From Patescibacteria group bacterium (GTDB taxonomy: Bacteria > Patescibacteriota > Dojkabacteria > J137), in the NCBI GenBank assembly GCA_016861265.1, contig BOLA01000001.1, forward strand, positions 934,150 to 998,149: a stretch of 64,000 nucleotides of DNA. The letters are read 5' to 3'. The notes below the pieces were generated by a model, which had not been told where the DNA came from, did not search any database, and worked only from the letters and a program-made list of their open reading frames with translations. The translations under genes were made by a program, and so were the position numbers. This document shows, in pieces, positions 19,509 to 29,453 of the stretch; positions within the stretch are counted from its first letter, which is position 1, and each line of letters begins with the position of its first letter.

Positions 19509-21314
19509 TTAAAGGATTGTAAAAGTTTCGTAATTATCCAGTGGTAGTTTTATTGTGAAGGTGGAACCAACTTCTATCTTACTTTCTACACTAATGGTTC
19601 CTCGGTGTTGTTTTATTATTTCGAAGGAGATATATAGACCTAACCCAAGGCCTTCTCTTAATTCAGTATTTTCTTCTACTTGAAAGAATTTTGTAAATAT
19701 ATCTTTTAATTTACTTTTAGGAATGCCCATACCAGAGTCTTTTACAGAAACAACTGCATTTTCTTTCTCCTTACTCACAGTAACTATAATATCTCCTCCA
19801 TCGGGAGAGTATTTAATTGCATTTGTGAGTAAGTTTATGAGAACTTGTTCGAGTCTTATAGCATCACCGTGAATTTTGAGATTCTCTACTTCTTCTACCA
19901 GTCTAATATTATGACTGTCAATAAACGGACTCACTTCTTTTATAGAACTCTCAACAAGTTGATTCAAATCTAGTTCCTCCATGTGGATTCTAAGTTTTTG
20001 AGATTCTATTTTGCTCATGTCATGAAGTTCATTTACAAGGGTATTCAATTTGTCTAATTGAAAATTGATTATACTTATAAAGTCACCGTAATCTTCTTTG
20101 GATTGTGATAGTTTCTTGGTCAACAGTTGTAAGTAGCCTTTAATTACTGTCATCGGTGTTTTAAGCTCATGACTTGCAATACTTATAAACTCGTCTTTTT
20201 TCTGCTGAAGCGTTTTCTGCGGAGTTAGATCTAACATTAGGCATAGTACATGCTCATCGTTAATCATTACTCCAGAGAGGAATACAGAAACTTTGTGTCC
20301 ATCTTTATGATAGTACTCCTTTTCGAATACAGTCATATAACCCTTCTCCTTTAGTTCATCAACTTTTTGTTGATCTATTTCTTTATATTCTTTTGGAGTT
20401 ATTTCTAACCAGCTCAAACCGTTTTCAACAAATTCTTCGGGGCTATAACCAAGCATCTCAAGAAATTCATCGTTTGTTTCAATAAATTCACCTTGAAGAT
20501 CCGCAAGTGCCATACCAACAACATTGGAGTCAATTAGTCTTGAAAGTATCTCTTGGCTCTTAATTAATTCATCCTCATATTTTTTTCTGTCGGTTCTGTC
20601 CCTAACCGCTAGAACAATTTCTTCGTACTTACCTTCTTTAACAAAATTTATAGCAATCTCTGCATAAAAAACTGTCCTCCCAATAATTAATTTATGCTCA
20701 AACTTTACAGGATTATCAGCATTCACAGATGCTAGGGCTAATCTTAAGCTTTGTTGAAGATCGTAGTTATTGTTCCAAGGGTCAAGATCAAAAATACTCT
20801 TATTTACTAACTCATTAGTTTCAAGATTAAGTGAATCAGCATAGCTCCAATTTGCTTCACGAATTTTTCCGTTTCTATCAAGAATCACTACCATTGTAAA
20901 AATACTATCCATTACTCTACGCAATCTTTTGGTAGTCTTCTTAAGGTCTTCACTGGTTTTTTTTAGCTGCCTTCTATTATTAGAGAAAGCACTAACAAAT
21001 AAGGCTATTAAAAGACTACCAAATACAAAGGCGAGTATTCTACTGAAGTTTGTGTTTGAATTTAAGCCTAGGCTACCTATCGGTTCGATATATAAGTATG
21101 TAGCAAGGATTGTGGAGTATACCAATGCTACTAATCCACTGATTAATCCTCCTATAGTACTATGTATGACTATAAAAAGAGTCAATAAGGAAAAAGCTTG
21201 TAGATTAACCCTGCCATCAAGAAAGTATATTCTTACTAAAAAGAATATACTTAAAGTAATTATTGGCAGTGCATACTGTAATAAAAAAGTATTGAATCTA
21301 CGCTTTTTCCTCAT
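19509..21314 (-). CDS. PAS-domain sensor histidine kinase
   Basis: DUF4118-like TMs, two PAS/PAC domains, ASHELKTP H-box, NLLTNAIKYS, DSGMGI, GLGLGLYI. Confidence 0.95.
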   Translation of the reverse strand: MRKKRRFNTFLLQYALPIITLSIFFLVRIYFLDGRVNLQAFSLLTLFIVIHSTIGGLISGLVALVYSTILATYLYIEPIGSLGLNSNTNFSRILAFVFGSLLIALFVSAFSNNRRQLKKTSEDLKKTTKRLRRVMDSIFTMVVILDRNGKIREANWSYADSLNLETNELVNKSIFDLDPWNNNYDLQQSLRLALASVNADNPVKFEHKLIIGRTVFYAEIAINFVKEGKYEEIVLAVRDRTDRKKYEDELIKSQEILSRLIDSNVVGMALADLQGEFIETNDEFLEMLGYSPEEFVENGLSWLEITPKEYKEIDQQKVDELKEKGYMTVFEKEYYHKDGHKVSVFLSGVMINDEHVLCLMLDLTPQKTLQQKKDEFISIASHELKTPMTVIKGYLQLLTKKLSQSKEDYGDFISIINFQLDKLNTLVNELHDMSKIESQKLRIHMEELDLNQLVESSIKEVSPFIDSHNIRLVEEVENLKIHGDAIRLEQVLINLLTNAIKYSPDGGDIIVTVSKEKENAVVSVKDSGMGIPKSKLKDIFTKFFQVEENTELREGLGLGLYISFEIIKQHRGTISVESKIEVGSTFTIKLPLDNYETFTIL

Positions 21315-21355
21315 TTTTATTCATATCTATTCTATATTCCGGATTATATCAGGCT

Positions 21356-21598
21356 TTAGGCTGTTTTAAATACTTTTGCTATTGCTAGTAATACTACTGC
21401 ACCAACAAACGAAATTAATATTGAACCGACTAGTCCCGAGCTTTCAAGACCTAATAGACCGAATAAAAGTCCACCAATTAATCCACCTACTAAACCTACT
21501 ATAGTGTCCCCCACTAAACCAAACCCTCTGCCTTTTACAAATAATCCCGCTAACCAACCAGCAATCAACCCTACTATTAAGGATACTAATAAACTCAT
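21356..21598 (-). CDS. GlsB/YeaQ/YmgE family stress membrane protein
   Basis: LIVGLIAGWLA...G.GLVGD.IVG.VGG pattern. Confidence 0.9.
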   Translation of the reverse strand: MSLLVSLIVGLIAGWLAGLFVKGRGFGLVGDTIVGLVGGLIGGLLFGLLGLESSGLVGSILISFVGAVVLLAIAKVFKTA

Positions 21599-21725
21599 AG
21601 TATGTAATTAATAAATTATTAATCGAAGTATAGAAATATTTTGTAAATTAGGAAGTTTGTTTTTGTAAAGATATTGTAAATTAGGTGACATTTGGGTTAT
21701 TTAAACTTTTAATTTATAATTTAGT

Positions 21726-21953
21726 ATGGAAGAAACAAAAACTGTAAAAAGAAAGGATCTTCACAGCCTTAAATCGAGTATTGCAGCAGCATTTGGTTAC
21801 ATTCAACTTGCGCAAAAACAAGCAGATAAGTTAGACCAGGATGAAGCTCAAAAGGTTCAAGAAATGCTTACAAAAGCAATGCAAGTCTTAGAGAGTCTGG
21901 ATGATCAAGTAAGAAAATTGGAAGGAATAAACGAGCCGCTAATGGATATTTAA
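21726..21953 (+). CDS. Stand-alone HisKA/DHp-like protein
   Basis: KDLHSLKSSIAAAFGYIQL resembles an H-box helix; no ATPase domain. Confidence 0.6.
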   Translation: MEETKTVKRKDLHSLKSSIAAAFGYIQLAQKQADKLDQDEAQKVQEMLTKAMQVLESLDDQVRKLEGINEPLMDI

Positions 21954-22639
21954 TCTTCTCCGTAGTCCATTAATCTATAGCCGTATCCTCTAATAGATCT
22001 TATGCAGTCGCCTTTTTCATCATGGAGCTTTTTTCGAAGCTTTCCAATGTGAACATCTACAACTCGGGTATCGACATCGGAAGAATAACCCCACACCGAG
22101 AACAGTATTTTGTCTCTTGTGCATACTCTAAATTTATTAATCATCAAGTAGTGCAGTAGTTCAAATTCTTTAGATGTAAGTTCGACCTTTTTTCCGCCTT
22201 TTCTTACTTCCATAGTCTCTGAATTTATTACCACATCCCTGCTTCTTAATTCCGAGGAGGTAGACTTACCTAAAAGGTTTCTAATTTTTGAATGAATTCT
22301 TGCAATGAGTTCCTCAGAGTTGAAAGGCTTGGTAATGTAGTCATCGGCGCCCGCCTTAAGGCTTGCGATAAGTGATTCCGAAGATTTATCTCCTGTAAGT
22401 ATTATTATCGGAACGTCAGCAAAAGATTTTCTAATGCTTTCTGTAATAGTTTTTCCATGGAGATCTTCAAGCATTAAGTCTACCAATACTAGATTTGGTT
22501 TATTGGCAATAATATATTTTAATCCTTCGATACCAGATGTAAATGTATGCGTATCAGCCTCTAGAGAATTAGTAATTAAGTCCTTAAGAAAATTAAGTAA
22601 TTCAACATTGTCTTCAATTATTACTATTTTGGGTATCAT
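21950..22639 (-). CDS. OmpR/PhoB-family response regulator
   Basis: IIED, VDLML, GADDYITKPF, LTSKEFELL, VDVHIGKLRKKL, IRGYGY. Confidence 0.95.
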   Translation of the reverse strand: MIPKIVIIEDNVELLNFLKDLITNSLEADTHTFTSGIEGLKYIIANKPNLVLVDLMLEDLHGKTITESIRKSFADVPIIILTGDKSSESLIASLKAGADDYITKPFNSEELIARIHSKIRNLLGKSTSSELRSRDVVINSETMEVRKGGKKVELTSKEFELLHYLMINKFRVCTRDKILFSVWGYSSDVDTRVVDVHIGKLRKKLHDEKGDCIRSIRGYGYRLMDYGED

Positions 22640-22982
22640 ATAAATATGTAGTAACTTTTGTCTTAAAAATATCAATATCAAAAGGTTTTTTTAAATAGTC
22701 TGTAACCTTAAGCTTTTCTTTTACCTCAGACAAGTTTGTAATAGCTGACATAAGAATAATGGGTAAATTGGGAAGAGTAGACTGAATTTCTTGAATTACA
22801 TCATCTGCTTTTACTTTCTTAAGCCAATAGTCAATTACTAATAAATCCACATTGTTATTCTTTACAATATTTCTAAGACTAATATCGTCTGAGCATTTTA
22901 TAATACGCACATCTAACTCACTCAATATTAATTCAATTAATTGCAATAGATTTTTATCGTCTTCACACACTACAACCGTCAT
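22614..22982 (-). CDS. Single-domain CheY-like response regulator
   Basis: CEDD, IDYWL, ILMSA, KKPF. Confidence 0.9.
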   Translation of the reverse strand: MTVVVCEDDKNLLQLIELILSELDVRIIKCSDDISLRNIVKNNNVDLLVIDYWLKKVKADDVIQEIQSTLPNLPIILMSAITNLSEVKEKLKVTDYLKKPFDIDIFKTKVTTYLYDTQNSNN

Positions 22983-23113
22983 AAATGTAGTCTCATATTA
23001 TTTTAAATGTAAGAACAATATATTATTTTTGTAATAATTATATAGTACAAATGTAAATATATTGTAAATTTAGACAAAAGAAGTTGGGGTCTTATAAGCA
23101 GACCCCCATAATT

Positions 23114-23758
23114 TTATTTCAAATCTACCCCACCAAATACTGCACTTCCTGATATTTCAATAACGTTCTCTGAATCGGTGTTTGTTCTTCTATTATCGCT
23201 TAACCCACCCATCATTCCAAATATATTATTAATCAGTTTTACATTGTCTGGAAGTAATATTTCAAGTCCCGCAAATATCAAATCAACTTCAATTTTTACA
23301 TTACCTTTAATTTCCGCATCTCTTAAATCAAGTTTAACTCCTCCAAAAGTCGCGTGAATTTTCGCACCGGTGAACTCTCCTTTTACATTTTTTTCGTCAC
23401 CCCAGAACAATACATTTGAAGTAATGAATCCATGTTCCGTTGAAGAACTTAGTCTATCTCTTTTGCCTAGTAGAACACTTATACCTGCAAAGATTATAAA
23501 CAATGGCCATAAATTCCAGACAGAGAATGGTAATACATTTAGTGCGTCTAGCTGTAAAAAAATTCCTACAGTCAGCATAAACAATCCCGGAATTATGTTA
23601 ATTGGATTTTTAATTACTAGGTAGATTCCTAAAAACACAACAATTAATGGCCAGATTTTTGCTAGACCATAGCCAATCCCAAACTGATTTAAGAGTAGCA
23701 CAAATCCCATAAGTACTATTAAGCCTCCCCAAAAGAATCTTGAACCTGAATTATTCAT
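23114..23758 (-). CDS. LiaF-like cell-envelope stress membrane protein
   Basis: IWPL/LWPL TM repeats plus C-terminal FGGVKLDLRDA domain. Confidence 0.8.
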   Translation of the reverse strand: MNNSGSRFFWGGLIVLMGFVLLLNQFGIGYGLAKIWPLIVVFLGIYLVIKNPINIIPGLFMLTVGIFLQLDALNVLPFSVWNLWPLFIIFAGISVLLGKRDRLSSSTEHGFITSNVLFWGDEKNVKGEFTGAKIHATFGGVKLDLRDAEIKGNVKIEVDLIFAGLEILLPDNVKLINNIFGMMGGLSDNRRTNTDSENVIEISGSAVFGGVDLK

Positions 23759-23778
23759 AAATAAAATTTAATATATAA

Positions 23779-24144
23779 TTATTTTGATTTAATATCCTCA
23801 AAAATAGGTATATTCCTTTCTAGTTCATGTTTTAAGTCCTGATTGCTAGTATTTAAATACGCCGCAAATAAAAGTACGAAAACAAAAAATAATGAACTAA
23901 AAACTCCTAATAAGGAAGACGCTATTGAGTTTTTTCCGAAAATTACCTGAAATCCTCCAATGATAATAAAGATCGGCCATATTCTAAAAAAAATAATAAA
24001 GATTGTGCCCCACGCACCCCACGGGATAATGCCCATTGTATTGGCTAAAAAGAAGAGTCCCAAGGTGATTAATGTTAGTGCACTGGTTAATCTATGCACG
24101 ATATTATCTCCTGGATACCCGAGATTACCATTTGTATGGCTCAT
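23779..24144 (-). CDS. LiaI/LiaF-like TM protein
   Basis: LITLGLFFLANTMGIIPW...RIWPIFII pattern. Confidence 0.7.
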   Translation of the reverse strand: MSHTNGNLGYPGDNIVHRLTSALTLITLGLFFLANTMGIIPWGAWGTIFIIFFRIWPIFIIIGGFQVIFGKNSIASSLLGVFSSLFFVFVLLFAAYLNTSNQDLKHELERNIPIFEDIKSK

Positions 24145-24208
24145 ATAAAAACGTAATATCTAGTAAATTGATTATTGTTCCAAATCGAACTAAAGTCAAT
24201 GCCAGCAA

Positions 24209-24838
24209 TTACAGTACTCTAAAACCTTTACTTACTATATATCTATAGGCTCTTGCCCTAATTTTGACGTCCTTTATATCTTTAATGGAAGTAACGCCAA
24301 ATTTTTTTACAAGCAAGTTCTCAACTGTAGCCGTATCTTCTGGATAATACTCATTTAACAGTCTTTTTACAATAACACTGTTTACTCCTTTCGCAATTAA
24401 TTCGGAATTAATTCGTGCTTTACCATACTTGCCTTGCGCTACTCTATTTTGAATCCACCAGGCAGCAAATGTTGTATCGTTTATATTATTTTTATCTAAT
24501 TTATCCGCAATATATTTATACAAATCCTCTTTATTTATATTTGCATTAAACGAGGTAGATTTACGATTTGATATTATTTTGTTAATTTTTTCCTTAACCT
24601 CACTAAAAGACCTTGGTCTTGATAAAGCCCAGGATAAAATTTTTCTCGAAATTAAATTATAGGAGTCTATATCTTTTAACTTTTTAAGGTAGGCATTATC
24701 AATTTCTTTTCCTACAAAAAGTAATTCTTGGGTAATTGTATTTTTGTCTAACGCAACTGTAAATTCACCATCTATGAATACATTTACTCTTTCCTTGTCT
24801 TTTATTGCTTGGCTTAATCCCGTAATTTTCATAACCAC
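24209..24838 (-). CDS. recX: RecX family regulator
   Basis: MKITGL...ERVNVFIDGEF, RPRS..EV, ND..FA..W, YGKARINSELIAKGV, C-terminal KGF. Confidence 0.85.
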   Translation of the reverse strand: MVMKITGLSQAIKDKERVNVFIDGEFTVALDKNTITQELLFVGKEIDNAYLKKLKDIDSYNLISRKILSWALSRPRSFSEVKEKINKIISNRKSTSFNANINKEDLYKYIADKLDKNNINDTTFAAWWIQNRVAQGKYGKARINSELIAKGVNSVIVKRLLNEYYPEDTATVENLLVKKFGVTSIKDIKDVKIRARAYRYIVSKGFRVL

Positions 24839-24944
24839 AGAACTTTTTATTGTTCTTTATATAATAAATTCATAATATGATTATATAATGGGTAAGTGAA
24901 ACTATGGTAAAGTTCAATGATTAATATTTTTTTACAAAGTTATA

Positions 24945-25886
24945 ATGTCTCAAATTCCAATAACACTAGTCACAGGATTTTTAGGTGCAGGTAAAACAAG
25001 TCTTATAAATTATATAATCAAGGAAAATAAATATTTAAAGCTTGGAGTAATTTTAAATGAGTTCGGTGATGTTGCACTAGAAAGTAATTTCTTGAAATCC
25101 AATGAAGAAGAGGTAATTGAAATTCCAAATGGTTGCATGTGTTGTGTTGCAAAAAAGGATTTTGTTGGTGCATTAGATAAAGTCATGGAGTTTCAGCCAG
25201 ACACAGATTATATTGTTATAGAAGCATCCGGAATATCTGATCCTTTACAGATTCTTCTTACTTTTTATTCACCACTATTAAGAGAAAGATTTAAACTAGA
25301 TTCTATTTTGTGTGTTGTAGATGCTGTTAACTATGATTACACAATGGATAACTACGACATAGCAAGTGAACAAATTGCAACCAGTGATTTAATACTCTTA
25401 TCAAAAACAAATGGTATTGAACCACAGACCATTAAAAGAATTGAATCTGCAATTTTGGGATTAAATTCTAAGGCCAAAATCTTAAAAATTGATCAAAATT
25501 TAGATTTAAGTTTAATAATGGATACTTCTAAATTCGATTATGAGACCCACGAATCTGCAGGAAATTCTATGGAAGAACCAGAACATATACACGAAAATAT
25601 TAATGATCTTATCTTTAAATCCTCTCAGCCCTTAGATTACCAGAAGCTGACTGAACTTTATAAAAGTTTAGATAGAAACATAATTAGATCAAAGGGTTTT
25701 ATAAACTTTAAGAATTCCCCGAATCAGGATAAAAAATACTTAATGCAGTATGTAGGTAACAGAGTTGAGCTCACTTTTGAAGATTGGAAATCTACAGATA
25801 CAAAGCAAACAGTACTTCTATTCGTAGGTAAAGAATTTGACAGAGAAAAACTTTTGTCGGATTTGAATAATTGTATTGCAAATTAA
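24945..25886 (+). CDS. CobW/COG0523 metal-chaperone GTPase
   Basis: GFLGAGKT, NEFG, GCMCC, EASG, VVDA, RSKG. Confidence 0.93.
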   Translation: MSQIPITLVTGFLGAGKTSLINYIIKENKYLKLGVILNEFGDVALESNFLKSNEEEVIEIPNGCMCCVAKKDFVGALDKVMEFQPDTDYIVIEASGISDPLQILLTFYSPLLRERFKLDSILCVVDAVNYDYTMDNYDIASEQIATSDLILLSKTNGIEPQTIKRIESAILGLNSKAKILKIDQNLDLSLIMDTSKFDYETHESAGNSMEEPEHIHENINDLIFKSSQPLDYQKLTELYKSLDRNIIRSKGFINFKNSPNQDKKYLMQYVGNRVELTFEDWKSTDTKQTVLLFVGKEFDREKLLSDLNNCIAN

Positions 25887-25947
25887 GAATTTGTTAGTCA
25901 TTGGGATACTATAGGCTATTTTGGTATACGAGTTGTATAATAGAATA

Positions 25948-26934
25948 ATGCTATTGGAATTTACACAAAAAGGAATCTACTGTGAGAAGGGTAATTTTTA
26001 TATTGATCCATCAGCTGCTGTTGATTACGCACTGGTAACTCATGCACATTCGGACCATGCGCGAAGAGGTTCCAAAAACTATCTTGCTCATAAGCACACT
26101 GCTCCAGTTTTAAAATTAAGACTTGGGAAACGCTCTGTAATTCAAGAAGTTGAGTATGGTCAGGAGATTAATATAAAAGGCATCAAAGTTACTTTTTACC
26201 CATCGGGCCATGTAATTGGCTCTGCGCAAATAAAAGTTGACGATGGAAACGAAGTCTGGGTAGTTGCAGGTGATTATAAATTAGAATCTGACAATATTAC
26301 TCAACAGTTTGAACATATAAAATGTACACATTTTGTAACGGAATCAACATTTGCCAAACCTAATTTTTCATGGAAGGCACAAACTGAGATATTCACAGAA
26401 ATGAATGATTGGTGGGCTAGAAATAGTTCAAAAGGAGTCACTAGTGTAATGTCTGCTTATTCTTTGGGTAAATCTCAAAGAATATTAAAAAACATAGATA
26501 GTTCAATTGGTAAAATTGTTGTTCATGATTCAATAGACGAAACAAACGATATTTTTAGAAAACTAGGTTTTAATTTACCCAAAACGTACTTATTCAGCGA
26601 AGTAAGCAGGCAAGATCTAAAGAATGCACTGGTAATAACTCCTTCATTTAGCAATTTAAATAAATTTGAAGACAAACTTGAAGGCTATGTAATGGCCAAC
26701 GCATCGGGGTGGATGCAAGTACCATGGTACGTTTCAAAATCTTTAGATAAGGGTTTTGTTATATCGGACCATGCAGATTGGAATGGTTTAATAAAAGCAG
26801 TAAAAGAAACACAGGCTCAAAATATATTTGTTGTGCATGGTTTTACAACTTACTTTGCAAAACACTTAAATACTCTTGGTCTAAATGCCATGTCTATAAC
26901 AGATAAAAAACTAGATCAGCTTGCACTTTTATAG
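25948..26934 (+). CDS. Ligase-associated DNA damage response exonuclease (MBL fold)
   Basis: THAHSDHAR, SGHVIGSAQI, GDYK, TESTF, YSLGKSQR, SDHADW, VHG. Confidence 0.9.
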   Translation: MLLEFTQKGIYCEKGNFYIDPSAAVDYALVTHAHSDHARRGSKNYLAHKHTAPVLKLRLGKRSVIQEVEYGQEINIKGIKVTFYPSGHVIGSAQIKVDDGNEVWVVAGDYKLESDNITQQFEHIKCTHFVTESTFAKPNFSWKAQTEIFTEMNDWWARNSSKGVTSVMSAYSLGKSQRILKNIDSSIGKIVVHDSIDETNDIFRKLGFNLPKTYLFSEVSRQDLKNALVITPSFSNLNKFEDKLEGYVMANASGWMQVPWYVSKSLDKGFVISDHADWNGLIKAVKETQAQNIFVVHGFTTYFAKHLNTLGLNAMSITDKKLDQLALL

Positions 26935-27016
26935 TAATACTTTTGGCACACTTGCATTTTCTAAAGTTTGGGTAGAATATAAAATTATTCCATCAATAGT
27001 TTATAAGGAGTCTAAG

Positions 27017-27319
27017 ATGACTACCTTTGGTGCTGTAGAATATAAGGGTGATCCTTGGAAAGAAGGTTCTTCACCTTTTGTTAATGCAGCAACACAGGTT
27101 CAAATAACTGAGCAGACTGATCATGCGCTCTATCTGCTCTACTGGAATCTAGACATAGGTGGAACCCCTATCCCACAAGATGTTAAGGATCTTGCTCTAG
27201 TGGAATGGGAAAGAAGATATCCATTTAGATGCTCACAGACAGATAGCTGTGAGTGGTGGGCAGGATGGATGAATGATGTTGTGAACCGCAGGTACGGTGT
27301 TTATACTAAGTCTGCATAG
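27017..27319 (+). CDS. Orphan protein with EWxxRYP motif
   Basis: TAAGGAG SD before ATG 27017; palindrome AAGCGGAAGAC-AGA-GTCTTCCGCTT at 27329-27353. Confidence 0.75.
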   Translation: MTTFGAVEYKGDPWKEGSSPFVNAATQVQITEQTDHALYLLYWNLDIGGTPIPQDVKDLALVEWERRYPFRCSQTDSCEWWAGWMNDVVNRRYGVYTKSA

Positions 27320-27424
27320 TAGCTACAGAAGCGGAAGACAGAGTCTTCCGCTTAAATTACTGCAATTAATTTCGGAATTCCAACAATTTTTGTTAACATT
27401 ACTTACTTTACCTGAGGAGGTAAT

Positions 27425-27694
27425 ATGTTTCCCTTAATCACTGTCGTAGGCAGGGAAGGCAGTCAAGGTGCAGTGCTGAATGACTTTAGAACTAGAGTCC
27501 CCATTGCACAACAAAATAACTTCGGTCTTTTCGCAATTATGTTTAGCTGCGAAATTGACGGAGTTGCCGTTACATGCGAAGTTCAAAGGGCTGCAGCTGA
27601 GGAATGGAGAAAACGCTACCCAGAAGGTGTATCGAAGGATGCAAAGTCGTGGGAATTTTCTTCAGACCAAAAAGCTAATGAACTGTTGGATTAA
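27425..27694 (+). CDS. Orphan protein with EWxxRYP motif (paralog of 27017-27319)
   Basis: GAGGAGGT SD; palindrome at 27702-27729. Confidence 0.75.
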   Translation: MFPLITVVGREGSQGAVLNDFRTRVPIAQQNNFGLFAIMFSCEIDGVAVTCEVQRAAAEEWRKRYPEGVSKDAKSWEFSSDQKANELLD

Positions 27695-27773
27695 GCATGT
27701 TTTAAAGAGGGCTTCCTCGCCCTCTTTAAGTATATTCTCATGATATAATTATATAGTACTGTGTGGAGGTGAT

Positions 27774-28103
27774 ATGAAGGCCTATCATCCAGATGCAGAA
27801 TTTCCCGTAATAGGGAACTGGCAACAGGCAACTACTCAAGAGTTGCTTGATGCATTGAATCATTCCAGACCGTTCGTAATCGAGGGCGTACTAGAGGACT
27901 TCGATGGAGAGAACACTGGACACGAAACATTCTGGGCTTATAGGAGTGAGGGTTCGAATAAAATCGAGTACATCGAAAGTGCCAGCATTGCTTTTGATCA
28001 GGCGATGATGTCTCCTTACGAGTCGACTCGATACGACTTCGAGAACTACTTCGGTTATGTTACGGAGGAAGGTGTACTTTTTCTCTACTACATAACAGCA
28101 TAA
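27774..28103 (+). CDS. Acidic orphan protein
   Basis: TGnTATAAT at 27741-27749, GGAGGT SD, palindrome CCCGAGACATT-GCGA-AATGTCTCGGG at 28109-28134. Confidence 0.75.
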   Translation: MKAYHPDAEFPVIGNWQQATTQELLDALNHSRPFVIEGVLEDFDGENTGHETFWAYRSEGSNKIEYIESASIAFDQAMMSPYESTRYDFENYFGYVTEEGVLFLYYITA

Positions 28104-28185
28104 ACAAACCCGAGACATTGCGAAATGTCTCGGGGTAAGTTAATTAGAATGATAAAATATATTCAATATTGGTTATTTAGGTTGT

Positions 28186-28782
28186 ATTAATCTTCAAATT
28201 AAGGATCACAATTTTACACTTAGTTCAAATAGAACAATTTTTTGGGAGAATAAGTCAGCCCTATTACTATCAGATATTCATGTAGGTGGTCGAACAGCAA
28301 TTCAAACTGATATCTTAATTTCAAATTTTAAAAAGGCCTTGCAAGAGTTCGAATTTAATAAGTTGATAATTTTAGGAGATTTATTCGATGCATCAGCCAA
28401 TATAAAAGAAAAACAGATTTTTTCAGACTTTCTTAAGACACTTGATACAAATATTGTTTTAGTTCTAGGTAATCATGACAGGCTTTCAGAAGAAGAATAT
28501 AAAGGGTATGGAATAAAAACGGTTAAAGATAGTTTAAAAATGGACATGTTTTACTTGACCCATAAGCCTACAGACTCTAATAATATTAATATTCATGGAC
28601 ACATTCACCCTGGCTACTACAAAAGAAGTCTCTTAGTTAGAAATAAATTGCCTTGCTTTGTAATTGAAGATAATTCAATTTGTTTACCAGCCTTCGGTGG
28701 CGCTACAGGAAAGAATTCTTTTGTCCCGCTTACTCAAAGAAAAGTTTATGTAATTAAGAATAATTCAGTTAAGCTCTTGTAG
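28186..28782 (+). CDS. Ligase-associated metallophosphoesterase (PdeM-like); start codon uncertain
   Basis: In-frame upstream extension INLQIKDHNFTLSSNRTIFWENKSALLLSDIHVG; LGDLF, GNHD, THKP, HGHIHP, LPAFG. Confidence 0.8.
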   Translation: MNLQIKDHNFTLSSNRTIFWENKSALLLSDIHVGGRTAIQTDILISNFKKALQEFEFNKLIILGDLFDASANIKEKQIFSDFLKTLDTNIVLVLGNHDRLSEEEYKGYGIKTVKDSLKMDMFYLTHKPTDSNNINIHGHIHPGYYKRSLLVRNKLPCFVIEDNSICLPAFGGATGKNSFVPLTQRKVYVIKNNSVKLL

Positions 28783-29451
28783 TTCAGGATTGTATACCTG
28801 AAGACTATTGAATAAAAGCTCTTCAATAATTTTTGCATTTGCTATATTTAGAGTCCTGATCCCATATGCTTTTTTTAGGCTAGAATCCTTTAAGTCAACG
28901 CTTATTAGGAATCTAAAAAACTTATTAAAGTAGTTACCATCCCACAAATATATTGATAATAGTTCAGCAATGTCTACAATCATAGGATTTTTTGAGTGTT
29001 CAATTGAATCATGGAAACTGCCGTACAACGTATAAAACCTTTTATCTAAATTAAATTGAGTTTCTGCTGTATTTAATAATGATTTAAAACTATTTAAATT
29101 CTTAGTTAACAACTCGTGATAAATGCAAACACATATCTGTTGAAGCAATCTATATTGTTTTAATGTATTATTGTCAAAACTGTTAAAGTCGAATAATTCT
29201 CTATCTATTGTTTTCAGGCTATCGTCTGCTATACCCCAATTAATTTTGTATATTGAACGATTGTTTTCGGTATTAATTGTTAGATTCGATCTATCAGATT
29301 CACTATTTGTATTTATCTCTATTCTCTTTTGTCGTAACAATACAACTATAAACTTGTTTACTATAGGTCTGTCCTTTCTAAGCTGAGAGAAAAGATCATC
29401 TTTAAGGCTTTCTAGTTCCTTATTTATAATTTCGTTTAATGAAATAACCAT
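28765..29451 (-). CDS. Hypothetical protein
   Basis: Long AT-rich ORF directly downstream of the SpoIID-like gene. Confidence 0.6.
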   Translation of the reverse strand: MVISLNEIINKELESLKDDLFSQLRKDRPIVNKFIVVLLRQKRIEINTNSESDRSNLTINTENNRSIYKINWGIADDSLKTIDRELFDFNSFDNNTLKQYRLLQQICVCIYHELLTKNLNSFKSLLNTAETQFNLDKRFYTLYGSFHDSIEHSKNPMIVDIAELLSIYLWDGNYFNKFFRFLISVDLKDSSLKKAYGIRTLNIANAKIIEELLFNSLQVYNPELQELN

Positions 29452-29453
29452 AT

